DNA of 64,000 bases from an uncultured Planctomycetaceae bacterium (GCA_963833985.1 CAWIAD010000001.1:3328001-3392000); one strand, 5' to 3'. Counted from the stretch's first letter, positions 32,945 through 44,275 are shown. Notes: a model not told the origin generated them from the sequence alone. A program made the numbers and translations.

Positions 32945-34538
32945 ATGAGCGGAGCGCGAACACGCAACAACCCGCACGCGGACATGGGCGATTTCCAGAC
33001 GCCGCCGGGCCTGGTTGCGGCGATCCTCGCCACGCTGGGACCGATCGGCAAACGGTACAGCCGCGTCCTGGAACCGACGTGCGGCCACGGTGCGTTCTTG
33101 CGGGGCTTACTCGAGCACGAGTATCCGCCCCGCGAGCTTATCGGTATCGAGCTCCAGGAGTGCCATTGGGCCCAGGCCCAGGCACTCGCGCGCAGAGACG
33201 GGCCGTCTCGTCGAGGTTGTGCACGGCAATCTCTTCCGGATGAATCTCCGCGCTGGCCTTACGTGGCGTGGCGATGGGCCGCTCCTGGTTCTGGGCAACC
33301 CGCCCTGGATCACGGCCTCCGCCCTCGGCCGGCTCGAGAGCGGCAACCATCCGCAAAAGCGCAATCTCAACCAGTTACCGGGCCTGGCGGCGCGCACCGG
33401 CAGCGCGAACTTCGATATCGCGGAGGCCGTATGGATCAAGTTGATCGAGGAGCTGGCGCCGGAACGGCCGACGATCGCCTTGCTGTGCAAGACGGCCGTG
33501 GCGCGGAAGGTCCTCGAGTTCGTCCTGCGCCGGGACATTTCCGTGGTCGACACGGCGGTTCACAGGATCGACGCCGGGCGCTGGTTCGGCGCTGCCGTGA
33601 GCGCCTGCTTGCTTCGCTTCACCATCGGGGCGGGAAGATCGGACCACGGGATAAGGATTCCCGTGTTCGCGACGCTCGCCGCGAACGAGCCGTCCGAATT
33701 CATGAGCTTCCAGCAGGGACGGCTGACCGGCGATGCAGACGCCGTGCAGCAGCACGCCTTCGCGCTGGGAGCGTGCCCTCTCACCTGGCGGCAGGGCATC
33801 AAGCACGACGCCGCTGCGATCCTGGAACTGGTGCACGACACCGCGACGAACTCGTACCGCAATGGCCTGGGCAAGACCGTCAGCGTCGAGCCCGAGTTCC
33901 TCTATCCTTTGCGGAAGGGCACGGACCTGCGCAAGGCACCCGCCGATCGTCCCCGCCGAGCCCTGATCCTCACGCAGAACGGAATCGGCCAGCCCACCAG
34001 CCCGCTGGAACAAAGAGCGCCCAGGCTCTGGGATTACCTGCAACGCCACAAGTCTGCCTTCGCCGGCCGGAAATCATCGATCTACCGCGGGCAGCCGGCG
34101 TTCGCCATCTTCGGCGTGGGACCCTACAGCTTTGCTCCCTACAAGGTGGCGGTATGTGGTCTGTACCGCACGCCGAGCTTTCAGCTCGATGGCCCGATCG
34201 CCGGCCGACCGGTCATGGTCGATGACACGTGCTACCTGCTGCCGTGCACTTCGGCGGCCGAGGCCGCCGGGCTGTGCGCGCTGTATCAGGACCCGGCCGC
34301 GCTGGCGCTGATTCGGGCGCTGAGCTTCGCCGACGCCAAGCGGCCCGTGACCAAAGGGCTGTTGCAACGCATCGACGTGTCGGCGATCTTGATGCGAGCC
34401 GACCGTGCAGCGCTGCTCCGCCGCGCAGCCGACGCGCTGGCCGAGCAGGATGAACCGTGCCAGGAGGCGGAGCAGGGGCTGCCCGCGGCCATCGATCGGC
34501 TATCCCTACGGTTCCAGACCGAGCGTGATCCCACTTGA
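32945..34538 (+). CDS. SAM-dependent DNA methyltransferase (amino-MTase type); frameshift near 33195
   Basis: GDFQTP, LEPTCGHGAFL, GIE in frame 32945; VLGNPPW and the C-terminal region in frame 33015. Confidence 0.8.
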
Positions 34539-34547
34539 GGAGAGACC

Positions 34548-35309
34548 ATGGCATTCGCCCGCATCAATTACTTCAGCCGATCGCTCGGGAAAGCCTCGTC
34601 GTTCAGCGTGGTCTTCCCGGATGATCCGTCGGTGCCCCGGCCCTACGCGGTCTTTTACCTGCTGCACGGGCTCTCCGACGACGACACGATCTGGATGCGC
34701 CGGACGAGTATTGAGCGGTACGTGGAAGGCATGCCGCTGGTCGTGGTGATGCCCGATGGCGGGCGGGGCTGGTATACCAACGCCCAGATTGGCCCGGCCT
34801 ACGAGGACGATCTGATCAAGGACGTGGTCGGGCTTGTGGATCGCACGCTGCCCGTGAAGGCCGAGCGCGCCGGCCGGGCGATTGGCGGGTTGTCGATGGG
34901 CGGCTACGGCGCGGTCAAGCTTGGGCTCAAGCACCACGCGATGTTCGCCAGTGTCAACTCGCACTCCGGCGCTCTGGCGATCCTCCAGGAGCCGCTGGAT
35001 ACCGAGGGCCGCAAGGACCTGGGCCCGGAGCTGGAGCGCCTCTTCGGCAAGAGCCCGAAAGGCGGCCCGGAGGATCCCTTCGGCATCGTCGAGCGGCTCG
35101 ATCACGGGCGCATCCCCGCCCTGCGTATCGACTGCGGCAAGGGAGACTTCCTGCTGGAACAGAACCGCGCGTTTCACCGCCATCTCGAAGCAATGCACAT
35201 TGCCCATGAGTACGAGGAGTTTGTCGGCGTGCATAGCTGGGAATACTGGGACGAACACGTGCGCGCAGCGATCGCCTTCCACGCACGGAACCTGAAGATC
35301 GCCCGGTAA
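34548..35309 (+). CDS. Putative esterase (alpha/beta hydrolase, tributyrin esterase/FrmB-like)
   Basis: YLLHGLSD, GGLSMGGYGA, DCG..DFL, HSWEYW. Confidence 0.9.
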   Translation: MAFARINYFSRSLGKASSFSVVFPDDPSVPRPYAVFYLLHGLSDDDTIWMRRTSIERYVEGMPLVVVMPDGGRGWYTNAQIGPAYEDDLIKDVVGLVDRTLPVKAERAGRAIGGLSMGGYGAVKLGLKHHAMFASVNSHSGALAILQEPLDTEGRKDLGPELERLFGKSPKGGPEDPFGIVERLDHGRIPALRIDCGKGDFLLEQNRAFHRHLEAMHIAHEYEEFVGVHSWEYWDEHVRAAIAFHARNLKIAR

Positions 35310-35464
35310 TCGAGGCGCCCGCCGTTCGCACCCGCTTCGGCTCGGGCCCGTTATTCCACCGGCTGGCTTGAAAAGCGTAAAATGAGTCGAGTCAACCAGT
35401 TTTGTGGCGGTTCCGCGTTCCTGTGACCGGACCGGCCCGGGCGCGGGTGGGAGTCTTTCGGGTC

Positions 35465-37201
35465 GTGTTGCAGCAGCTTTCGGTGCAGAACCTGGCGCTG
35501 ATCGAGGACGTGCAGGTGGAGCTCGAAGGCGGCTTCTCCGCCTGGACCGGTGAGACCGGCGCGGGCAAGAGCCTGCTGCTGACGGCGCTGGGGCTGGTGC
35601 TGGGCGGCAAGGCCTCGTCCGAGTTCGTCCGCGCGGGCAAGAGCGAGGCGCGCGCGTCCGCGGTGTTCGAGATTGGCGACCGGGTGCTCCGCGAGAAGCT
35701 GGAGGCCATCCTGGGCGCGATCATTGAGGAAGACGTGTTGATCATCACGCGGCGTGTCAGCGGCCAGGGCCGCAGTATGGCGCAGGCGAACGGTACGCCC
35801 GTGACGATCGGGACGCTCGAGCGGCTGGGAGCGCTTCTGGTCGACATCCACGGTCAGCACGAGGGCCGCGCGCTGCTCGATCCGGACGGCCAGCGCGCGC
35901 TGATGGACGGCTTCGGCAAGCTCGAGGGGCCTTTGGAGGCCTATCGCACGGCCCGCGCCGGCCACGACGCCCTGCGCCGCAAGCGCCAGCAACTGCTCGA
36001 CGCCACGCTGGCCAGGCAGCGCGAGCGCGCCCTGCTCGAGTTCGAGCGCGATGAGCTGGAAGCCGCCGATCCGAGGACTGGCGAGTACGACGAGCTGATG
36101 CGGCAGTCGCATGCGATGGCCAGCGCGGAGGCGATCCGGGCGGCCGCCACGGAGGGATACGGCTTGCTCTACGAGGCCGATCACTCGGCCCAGGAGCTGC
36201 TCAAGCGCGTGGCCCGCAACCTTGAACCGCTGGCCGCGGCCGCGCCCGAGCTGGCCGACGCGGCCGCCAGCCTGGCGCGCCTGGCCGGTGAGACGCGCGA
36301 GGTGGCCTACACCCTGCGCGACCTGGGCGAGCAGTGGGAGGACGATCCGCGGCGTCTCGAGGAGATCGAGACGCGCCTGGCGCTCTATCGCCGGCTGGCC
36401 GGCCGGTTCCATTGCACGCCCGATGCCCTGGCCGACCGCAGGGTAGCCACGGCGGCCAGGCTTGCGGCCATCGCGCGTGACGAGGAAGACCTGGGCTCGC
36501 TGGACGTGCCGCTGGCTCAGTCGTTTGCCGCGCTCAAGAAAGTCGCGGCCAAACTCTCGAGCGCGCGAAGGAAGACGGCGGAGCGCTTCACCACGGCCAT
36601 CCAGGGTCAGCTCCGATCCCTCGGGCTGGAGAAGTCGCGGATCTCCGTCGAGGTCGAATCGCGCGAACTGGGCGCTGATCCTGCGGCCGCGGCTGCTCCC
36701 GAATCGGGCCTGGACTCGGTCGAGATGCTCTTCCTGGCCAATCCCGGCGAGTCGCCCAGGCCGTTGCGGAAGATCGCCTCAGGCGGTGAGCTGTCGCGGG
36801 TGACGCTGGCGGCCAAGACCGTACTAGCCGGGGTGGACCGTGTTCCCACACTGATCTTTGACGAGATCGACACGGGCGTCGGCGGCCGGCTGGGATCGGC
36901 GCTCGGCAAGGCCCTGGGCGCTCTGGCACGCCATCACCAGGTCGTATGCATCACCCATCTGCCGCAACTCGCTTCCCACGCGCACCACCAGTGGGTGATC
37001 CGCAAGCACGTGGAGCGAGGACGCACGAGCACCACCATCACCCTGCTCTCCGACGCCGACCGCGTGCACGAACTGGCGCTGATGCTGCGCGGCGAGTCGG
37101 CCGCGGAGGGAACCCGGCAGGAGGCACTCGACATGCTCCGCGAGGCACAGGGCGCCGAGAAGCGAGCCACGGGAACCAATGGCCGCGTCCGGCGGCGGTA
37201 A
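35465..37201 (+). CDS. recN: DNA repair protein RecN
   Basis: L.VQNLALIE, TGETGAGKS, DIHGQHE, ASGGELSR, FDEIDTGVGG, ITHLPQLA. Confidence 0.95.
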   Translation: MLQQLSVQNLALIEDVQVELEGGFSAWTGETGAGKSLLLTALGLVLGGKASSEFVRAGKSEARASAVFEIGDRVLREKLEAILGAIIEEDVLIITRRVSGQGRSMAQANGTPVTIGTLERLGALLVDIHGQHEGRALLDPDGQRALMDGFGKLEGPLEAYRTARAGHDALRRKRQQLLDATLARQRERALLEFERDELEAADPRTGEYDELMRQSHAMASAEAIRAAATEGYGLLYEADHSAQELLKRVARNLEPLAAAAPELADAAASLARLAGETREVAYTLRDLGEQWEDDPRRLEEIETRLALYRRLAGRFHCTPDALADRRVATAARLAAIARDEEDLGSLDVPLAQSFAALKKVAAKLSSARRKTAERFTTAIQGQLRSLGLEKSRISVEVESRELGADPAAAAAPESGLDSVEMLFLANPGESPRPLRKIASGGELSRVTLAAKTVLAGVDRVPTLIFDEIDTGVGGRLGSALGKALGALARHHQVVCITHLPQLASHAHHQWVIRKHVERGRTSTTITLLSDADRVHELALMLRGESAAEGTRQEALDMLREAQGAEKRATGTNGRVRRR

Positions 37202-37247
37202 ATGACCGTGCGGCCAGGTCTCTCCCACCCAGGTTGAGGAACAGCCC

Positions 37248-39065
37248 TTGGCGACCAGTCCTGACTTACCGGAGACAACGGCACTTGCCCGGCCCACCCC
37301 GGGAGCGCCTGCGGTGCGGAGTTTACCGTGCGATCCGGGTACGGGCCTGTTCGTCGGGTCGATCTGGATGGCGATGCTGGTCCTGGCGGTTGTTTACGTG
37401 CTGCGGTTTGGTGCGGATGTCCCCCTCTGGGATGATTACGCGGTGGTCCCCCAGCTCGCCGGCACTGAACCGGTCACGATCGGCTGGCTGTGGTCGCAAC
37501 ACAGCGAGCACCGGATCCCGCTCGCCCGGCTCATCCTGCTCGGGGCGTTCCGGTCAAGCGGGGCGGATCCCCGACCGGTCATGCTGCTGATCGTCGGGTT
37601 GCTCGGTGCGCTCGCCGTCGGGCTGCTGCTGGCGGTTCGCCGAGTTCGCGGATCGTGGCATGCGGCGGACGCGTTCCTGCCGCTCGTGCTCCTGAACCTG
37701 GGTCAGCATGAGAACTTCCTCTGGAGCATCCAGATCACCTACGTGCTGGCCGTGGTCCTCCTCGGAGTGGTTCTGGCCGTGGTGGTGCGCAGCCGTGAGG
37801 TTCCGGGCCTGGGCAGCCTGGCCCTTGCGTCGCTCTGCATGAGCCTCATGCCCCTCTGCAACGCGGGAGGACTGGCCTTCCTTCCCGCACTTCTCCTCTG
37901 GCTCTGGCTGCTGGCCGCGGGCGTGCTGGTGCGGCATGGGGCGGCCGGCCGACGGCGGGCACTGGCCATCGCGGCGTTCTCGTTGCCTCCCCTGGTTTTG
38001 ATGGGTCTCTACCTGCACGGCTATTCGGCGCCCGCTCACCACGCCGCGCCGGGAGACGCTACGGCCGTGGCCCGGACAACGCTCCAGTTTCTGGCCATGA
38101 GCCTGGGCGAGCCTGGCGCCCGTCTCTGGCCGGCCTCCGGACTGCTGGTGCTGGCACTCTTGCTCAGTGCTACGGCCTTGCTGGCGTGGGTCTGGATCAG
38201 GCAGCCCGCGGAGCGCGCCAGGATCGAGGGACTGGCCTGGGTGCTGGCCGCCGTGGTCTCGCTGGCGCTCGGCTCCGGCTGGGGCCGGTCCGGTGAGGGC
38301 GTGCTCGCTGGTCTCCAGCCGCGCTACACCACGCTGGCGGCTCCCGCACTGCTGGTCAGTTACTTCGCCCTGTCTTGTTACGGCTGGCGGGCAAGCCGCA
38401 CATTCTGCCCCCTGATCCTGTTTTTCCTTGGCTGTGTGCTGTTGTGGCCAAACATCGAAACCGCCTGGACCACTGGCGACGCTGCGCACCGCAAGGCCCT
38501 TGCCGTCGATCGCGACCTGGCGTCGGGCGTCCCCTTGTTCCGTCTGGTGCGCCGGCACACGCCGTTCCTCCATCCTTCGCAGGAGATTCTGCACGAGTCG
38601 CTCTCGCTGTTGCAACGCGCCGGGATCGGCAGGTTCCGGTCGATCCAGGACGATCCGCCCTTCGGGGAACAGCCCGTGCCCCTGCAACCGGTCGAAGTCC
38701 GGCTGGCGCGATGGAACGAGGGCCGCATCGAGGTGACGGGGCTCGACCCCTGGATCCGCTTCAACCTGGCCGCGCCGCTCTACGTCTGCGGCGTGCGGAT
38801 GCGGTATGCCCACGCCGCGGCCAATGGGGCTCCGGCCCATTTCCGGATGGCCTGGCGCGGCCCCACCCTGGCTGATCTGCCCATCGAGCCGCAGTACGGT
38901 AACTGGAACCTCCCCACCGGTCCCGACCAGACGACGACGATCTGGATTGACGACTGGATCTCCCAGATCCGGATTCAGCCCGACAACCACCCGTGCACCT
39001 TTGAGCTGCGCACGTTGACCCTGTTGTTGCCCACTGCACAATTCAGCGACGAGACCAGGAAGTGA
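37248..39065 (+). CDS. Multi-TM membrane protein, GT-C-like
   Basis: VPLWDD...WSQHSEHR in the first loop, ENFLW, about 10 hydrophobic segments, RY motif. Confidence 0.65.
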   Translation: MATSPDLPETTALARPTPGAPAVRSLPCDPGTGLFVGSIWMAMLVLAVVYVLRFGADVPLWDDYAVVPQLAGTEPVTIGWLWSQHSEHRIPLARLILLGAFRSSGADPRPVMLLIVGLLGALAVGLLLAVRRVRGSWHAADAFLPLVLLNLGQHENFLWSIQITYVLAVVLLGVVLAVVVRSREVPGLGSLALASLCMSLMPLCNAGGLAFLPALLLWLWLLAAGVLVRHGAAGRRRALAIAAFSLPPLVLMGLYLHGYSAPAHHAAPGDATAVARTTLQFLAMSLGEPGARLWPASGLLVLALLLSATALLAWVWIRQPAERARIEGLAWVLAAVVSLALGSGWGRSGEGVLAGLQPRYTTLAAPALLVSYFALSCYGWRASRTFCPLILFFLGCVLLWPNIETAWTTGDAAHRKALAVDRDLASGVPLFRLVRRHTPFLHPSQEILHESLSLLQRAGIGRFRSIQDDPPFGEQPVPLQPVEVRLARWNEGRIEVTGLDPWIRFNLAAPLYVCGVRMRYAHAAANGAPAHFRMAWRGPTLADLPIEPQYGNWNLPTGPDQTTTIWIDDWISQIRIQPDNHPCTFELRTLTLLLPTAQFSDETRK

Positions 39066-40798
39066 AGCAGTCCCGAACCGCCACCAGCTTCGTTGCCACG
39101 CCGGGAACGCTCCGGACGGCCTGGCTCAGGCGGCCAGTCGGCCGTGGCGGCGTGGTCGTGCTGGTGCTGCTGCTCGCGGCCGCTCCCTGGGTCCTGTTCT
39201 TCGATCCATTCGCCGGTTTGAGGCAGGGACACATTCCGCGTGATCCGGCGGCGATCTATCGTCTCTACAGTGATGACTTCGCCTACGTGGCGGCCTCGCG
39301 CACGCTGCCGAGGACGGTAGTCAACCTGTTCGCCCCGCACAACACGCACATCGTTCCGGCCTGGCGGGTGCTGACCTGGGCGCTGGTGGCCTCGGCCGGC
39401 GCGCTCGAGAAGCTGCCGCCGGTGCTGGCCGAAGCGGCCTACGGCATCCTCATCGCCGCGATGCTTCTGACCGGCCGGTTCGTCGCGCGTGAGACGGGCC
39501 GCTCCGGCGCGGGGCTGGCGGCAATGACCGCCGTGGGCCTGACCTCGGTGATGGCGTCTCCGGCCTGCTGGTACTCGGCCGGCCAGACGCTGTGGGCCGG
39601 CTTCGCTATCCTGGCCAGTCTCTGGTACGCCCAGTGCTGGCGGAGGCGGCCACGGCTCGCCGCGCTGGTCCCCGGCGGCGTTGCGGCGGCGCTGGGAGGC
39701 TGGTTCTGGACCATCGGCTACCTGGCCGGACCTGTCGCGGCGGTCTATCTCTGGCTCGACGGCCGGCGGCGGTGCCGCATCGCGGCCGCGGTGCCGCTCG
39801 CTGCGGCAATCGCGGCGTTCCTGCTGGCCATGGCCCTGGGCGGGGGCAGGATCGACAGCACCGTCAGCTTTCACGGCCGCAAGCCGGGTGAGGCCGCGCG
39901 TCCCGTGGAGGGTCTGCTTCATACAGCGCAGGCCATCCCGGAAAACCTGGTCCTCGGCAACCTGGGGCTCAAGGCCCAGACCACGGCCGCACAGGGGGCG
40001 GTGCTTTGCGCGCTCTTGTTTGGCGTCTGGGCCGGCGGCCGCTTGCGCACGCGTAGGCTCGGTGCGTTCAACCCGCTCGAGTGCACGGGGCTGGCCCTCG
40101 TGCTGGGGAGTTACCTGGTGGAGTGGACCGTACGCGGCTATTTGCCGTTCCGGTCCCTGCGCACCATCAGCCTGGGAATGATCGTTCCCTGGTACGACGC
40201 CGTGCCGCAGATTGGCGCGGTCCTGTTCATCGCCGGCTGGTGGGCCGGACCGCGCACCGCGGGCCAGCGGCCGCCGGTCCTGCGAGCCACCGCGTCACCG
40301 AGTCGCGCGGCCGCGCTCGGAGTCCTCGGCTTGATGGCGGTTCTGCTGGTTCTGAACCGTCCCAGGGTGGACCTGCTCTGGCGCAACTGGGTGCCTCCGC
40401 CGTCGCCCGCGGAGTTGCAGCGGTTTCCAATCCTTTCCTTGCAGTCGATGCGCGCCACCGCACTACTGCTCGACCGAGCTGACTGGCAGCGCCGGCACCT
40501 GCGACGACTGGACCAGGCGCAGCAGGTCGCTGCGCGGTCCGGGATCGGCCGGGATGGAATCCGTGCGGCTTTCGGTCGGCTCGACGCGCCGGAGCTTCCT
40601 GACGTCTACGATGCCGCCGGCCTGCTCGACCTTCCCGAACACGGGCGGATCACCGATGTGGAGCTGATCCGTCGGGTGCTGGGGCCTTTTCTTTTCAAGG
40701 AGAACGCGCCTCGGCCGCCCTGGCTCCCTGCATCAGAGCCCTGGCCGCCCGTGGATCGGCCGCACTGGTCCGAGTCGGACGTGGATGTTTCTGATTGA
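39062..40798 (+). CDS. Multi-TM membrane protein, GT-C-like
   Basis: YSDDFAY...PHNTHIVP in the first loop; many TM segments; GTGA overlap with the previous gene. Confidence 0.6.
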   Translation: MKQSRTATSFVATPGTLRTAWLRRPVGRGGVVVLVLLLAAAPWVLFFDPFAGLRQGHIPRDPAAIYRLYSDDFAYVAASRTLPRTVVNLFAPHNTHIVPAWRVLTWALVASAGALEKLPPVLAEAAYGILIAAMLLTGRFVARETGRSGAGLAAMTAVGLTSVMASPACWYSAGQTLWAGFAILASLWYAQCWRRRPRLAALVPGGVAAALGGWFWTIGYLAGPVAAVYLWLDGRRRCRIAAAVPLAAAIAAFLLAMALGGGRIDSTVSFHGRKPGEAARPVEGLLHTAQAIPENLVLGNLGLKAQTTAAQGAVLCALLFGVWAGGRLRTRRLGAFNPLECTGLALVLGSYLVEWTVRGYLPFRSLRTISLGMIVPWYDAVPQIGAVLFIAGWWAGPRTAGQRPPVLRATASPSRAAALGVLGLMAVLLVLNRPRVDLLWRNWVPPPSPAELQRFPILSLQSMRATALLLDRADWQRRHLRRLDQAQQVAARSGIGRDGIRAAFGRLDAPELPDVYDAAGLLDLPEHGRITDVELIRRVLGPFLFKENAPRPPWLPASEPWPPVDRPHWSESDVDVSD

Positions 40799-40874
40799 GC
40801 CCGGCGGAAGGTCGTGAGCGAAACCGACGGCGCGGCGACCTCCGGCAGTGCCTCGGTCCCCGCGTTGCTTGCGG

Positions 40875-42311
40875 TCAGTACGGCGTTCCCTCGTCGATGG
40901 GCGGCTCGGCCAGCGTGGAGAGATTCTCGAAGCGCGTGAGGTTCTTGAGGAAGGTCAGCTTGACGCTGCCGGTCGGGCCGTTGCGGTTCTTGGCGATGAT
41001 GATTTCGGCCAGCCCGGGCTGGTCATTGGGATCGTAATAATCGGGCCGGTGCAGCAAGAGAACGATGTCGGCATCCTGCTCGATGGCGCCTGACTCGCGA
41101 AGGTCGGCCATGCGGGGCCGGCGATCCTCGCGGCTCTCCACGGCCCGGTTCAACTGCGACAGCGCGATCACCGGCACGTGCAGCTCACGGGCCAGCGTCT
41201 TGAGCCGCCGGCTGATCTTGGCGATCTGCTCCTGGCGGCTGTCTCTCGATTCCTCGGCATCCACGAGCTGAATGTAGTCGACGACGATCAGCCCCAAGCC
41301 TTTGCGCAGCTTCAGCCGTGGCGCCGAGGCCGTGATCTGGAGCATGTTGCGGGCGGGGGTCGAATCAATGAAGAACGGGGCCTTCTCCAGCTCCACGTAG
41401 GCCTTGCCAAGCTTGTTCAGTTCGCGGTGGTCCAGACCAAAGCCCTTTCGCAGCTTGTGGCTGTCCACGCGTGACCGCGACCAGAGGAGCCGCTCGGTGA
41501 CCTCCAGGTCCCCCATCTCCAGGCTGACCATGAGAACGGGCACGTTCTGGGTGAGGGACGCGAATTCACAGATGTTCAAGGCCACCGCGGTCTTTCCCAT
41601 GCTCGGCCGGGCCGCGATGATGATGAGCTGATCGGCATGGAAGCCGTTGGTGTAATCGTCCAGGTCGAGGAACCCGGACCCAACGCCGGTGACGGGGTGC
41701 TTCTCGACGGCCCGCTTCTCGATCAGGTCCATGGCCCTGGCCAGGATCTCCTTGAGCTCGTGCGTTTCTCCACGGGTCTGATCCTCGGCGATTGTGAAGA
41801 TCTTCTGCTCGGCCGATTCCAGGAGCTGCTGGGCCGTGTACAGGTTGGAATAGCCCTCGCGGATGATCTCGGTGGCACTCTGGATGAGATGCCGGCTGAT
41901 GGATTTCTGGCGAACCAGCTCGGCGTGATAGCGCGCGTTGGCCGCGTGCGGCACGCTGTTGGCGATCTCCAGCAGCATCTCGTCGCCGCCAATCTGGCTG
42001 AACTGGTCGCGGCGGATCAGCTCGTCTGCCAGGGTGACCGCGTCAACGCCCTTCCCCGCAGTGTAAAGCTCGCTGATGGCCCGAAAGATCACCTGATGCG
42101 CATCCCTGTAGAAATCGTCGGCGGTCAGGAACTGGGCTATGTCGTGAAGCACCTCGTTGTCCAGCAAGATCCCGCCCAGCAACCAGCGCTCGGCCTCCAG
42201 ATTCTGTGGAGGCAGGTGATCCGCGAGCGAGCCGCTCGGGCCGGACAGCGGCACGCTACCATTGCCTCCGCCCGTCTTTCCATTGCCATGACCGCTTGGT
42301 TGAGACCCCAT
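40875..42311 (-). CDS. dnaB: Replicative DNA helicase
   Basis: PPQNLEAE, AARPSMGKT, VVDYIQL, LSQLNRAVE.R.D.RP..ADLRESGAIEQDAD, AKNRNGP; no intein-sized insertion. Confidence 0.96.
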   Translation of the reverse strand: MGSQPSGHGNGKTGGGNGSVPLSGPSGSLADHLPPQNLEAERWLLGGILLDNEVLHDIAQFLTADDFYRDAHQVIFRAISELYTAGKGVDAVTLADELIRRDQFSQIGGDEMLLEIANSVPHAANARYHAELVRQKSISRHLIQSATEIIREGYSNLYTAQQLLESAEQKIFTIAEDQTRGETHELKEILARAMDLIEKRAVEKHPVTGVGSGFLDLDDYTNGFHADQLIIIAARPSMGKTAVALNICEFASLTQNVPVLMVSLEMGDLEVTERLLWSRSRVDSHKLRKGFGLDHRELNKLGKAYVELEKAPFFIDSTPARNMLQITASAPRLKLRKGLGLIVVDYIQLVDAEESRDSRQEQIAKISRRLKTLARELHVPVIALSQLNRAVESREDRRPRMADLRESGAIEQDADIVLLLHRPDYYDPNDQPGLAEIIIAKNRNGPTGSVKLTFLKNLTRFENLSTLAEPPIDEGTPY

Positions 42312-42725
42312 ACCGCGCGAATCTCCCCGAGAGACAGACGCCATGCGGAACCACAAACTTGTGCCCAGAGCGCGTCCGCCAGCTCCATCACGGCTTCATT
42401 ATCCGGACCCCCACGCCACCCGTGGAAGTGGCAGACCGGTCCTCATCGACCCAGCGCAACCCTTCTGAACAATCGTATCGGTTCGCGGGTGCGCAAGGCA
42501 TCGCAAAAAAAGCCGGAAAAAAGAGCACGGTCACCGACTCATGCGGCGCCGGCCGTGCTCCGTGCAACCACGATTCGCAGCGCTCAAAAAAAAGGGATGC
42601 AACATGTCGAGCGGCGCCGCGAGGGAACCTGCAAGAACCCGGCCACCTGCATCGGGACTCGCGACCGGACCGGCGTGCTGCTGGCCTGGCTAGAAAAATG
42701 CCAGGGCGGTGCTGCACCGCCACGA

Positions 42726-43935
42726 TCAATGCCGCGGCCCCGCGCCGACCCGGCTGGAGAGCTGCTCTGCCCGTTTCTCGAGGAACTGGCCGGCGCGCTC
42801 GCGGCCATAAGAGATCAGGCCGTTCAAGAACGCGGCGCTGCGGTCAAACCGGGACGAATCATCAAGGTTATGCTCCATGACAATCCGATGGATTTCGATG
42901 AACCGAGAATCCCCGCCGATCAGCCTGCCTTGCTCCAGCAGCCGGTTGATCGATCGGATGAAACGGACCTCCTGCTCCAGGACCTGGCTACTGGCCAGCT
43001 CAACTGGATCCACGGCGCAGACAGGGAAGGCCCCGGCACGCCGGTCCTCAACCTTGTTGATCTGGATGAGCCAGATCTCACTCGGCTTGAGCCGGGCCAG
43101 TTCGCGAACGGGTGAGCCTGTGGCGAGGACAGCCCCTACGTCGCGAGAGTGCCGCGGGGCAAGGCAGAACCCGGGTTGCGATCTTCAAGGTCTCCATGTC
43201 GACCTCGGCCCCGCGCTGGACGTCGAGAGTGCCGTTTGCATCGGCGGTGCCGATCACGAGTTGCGTCGAGCCGGCTCCCCCGGCCTGTGACCGTGCTCGC
43301 GTGGCATGCCAATCGAGCCGACGTCCCAGCAAACCGCAGAGTTGCTCGGTACTCAGGGCCGTGACATCCTGAAGCCCATGAACCGGAAGCGGCACGAGTG
43401 CTCGAAGTTGCAGCGCGATCTGGGCGGAGTAGTTCAGCAGGGCGTCCACCACGGAGGCTGACGAGTAGTCGCGCCAGAAGCCTTCCAGCTGCTCCACGGC
43501 CTGGTGCGGCCCGCCGCGGAGTAATCCGTCCCAGGCAAGGACTGCGCAGAGAGATCCGAACGACGTGCCCGCCAGCGCAACGACCTCGATCTCGCTGCTG
43601 CCTTGCTCCAGCAGCCCTTGGAGCACGCCGGCCGTGAAGGCCGCCTGGCTGCCCGTGCCCTGGCACATCACGGCGACGCGTCTGCGGTCCGCGACGGGAC
43701 CGGAAGAGTCGGTTGCCCGCGGGTCGCCAGTGCCGGGGCCGAACGGCTCGTCGCCGAGCAGCACGTCCCGCAGCGTTGCGAACTGTTCGTGGTCGATCCG
43801 GCCTGTGTCCCGCAGGTCCTGGATCTCCTCCAGGCAAAGCTCGACCGCCTCGTCCTTGCCCGGGTAAAACGCGTGCCGAGCGATACGCGTCACCGATCCC
43901 TTCAACTTCTGGAAATAGGTGGCATTGTCCAGCAT
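42726..43935 (-). CDS. Patatin-like protein with extra N-terminal helical domain and degenerate motifs; frameshift near 43140
   Basis: CQGTGSQAAFTAGVL, GTSFG, IWLIQIN, QEVRFIRSIN, SRFDRS; ORFs 43078..44073 and 42726..43013 join. Confidence 0.7.
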
Positions 43936-44275
43936 GGCACCCTCAGGGCCAGCAAAATGGTGCGGGGTGGCAGTTCCCGCCCATTCCGGCCCTTTGCATT
44001 CGTGGACCTGAGCCGCCCGGGCTCTTTCACCAGGACCTTCCGCCCGCTCATGGTCAAGCACGACCCGCTGCAAGGTCTATTATCAGTATTGCCGATATGG
44101 GTCTGGAGGATGCAACGAAAAACGAAGCAATATTCAATATAGTTCGCATCGGTCCTGTGCACGGCCACGGGGTATTGCTTGAAAAAGAGTTTAATCTCGG
44201 ACAGAGTTGAAGAGTTGTCCCGGACATGACATTAAACTGTGCCCGGCAGTCCTACCCCTGCTGGCATCATTGGGT

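Noticed and set aside
41637..43115. Long antisense ORFs (e.g. 41637..43115, 7057..8325, 15497..16996, 37554..39041, 56008..57555)
   Set aside because: Shadow ORFs opposite well-supported genes in GC-rich DNA, with no recognisable motifs
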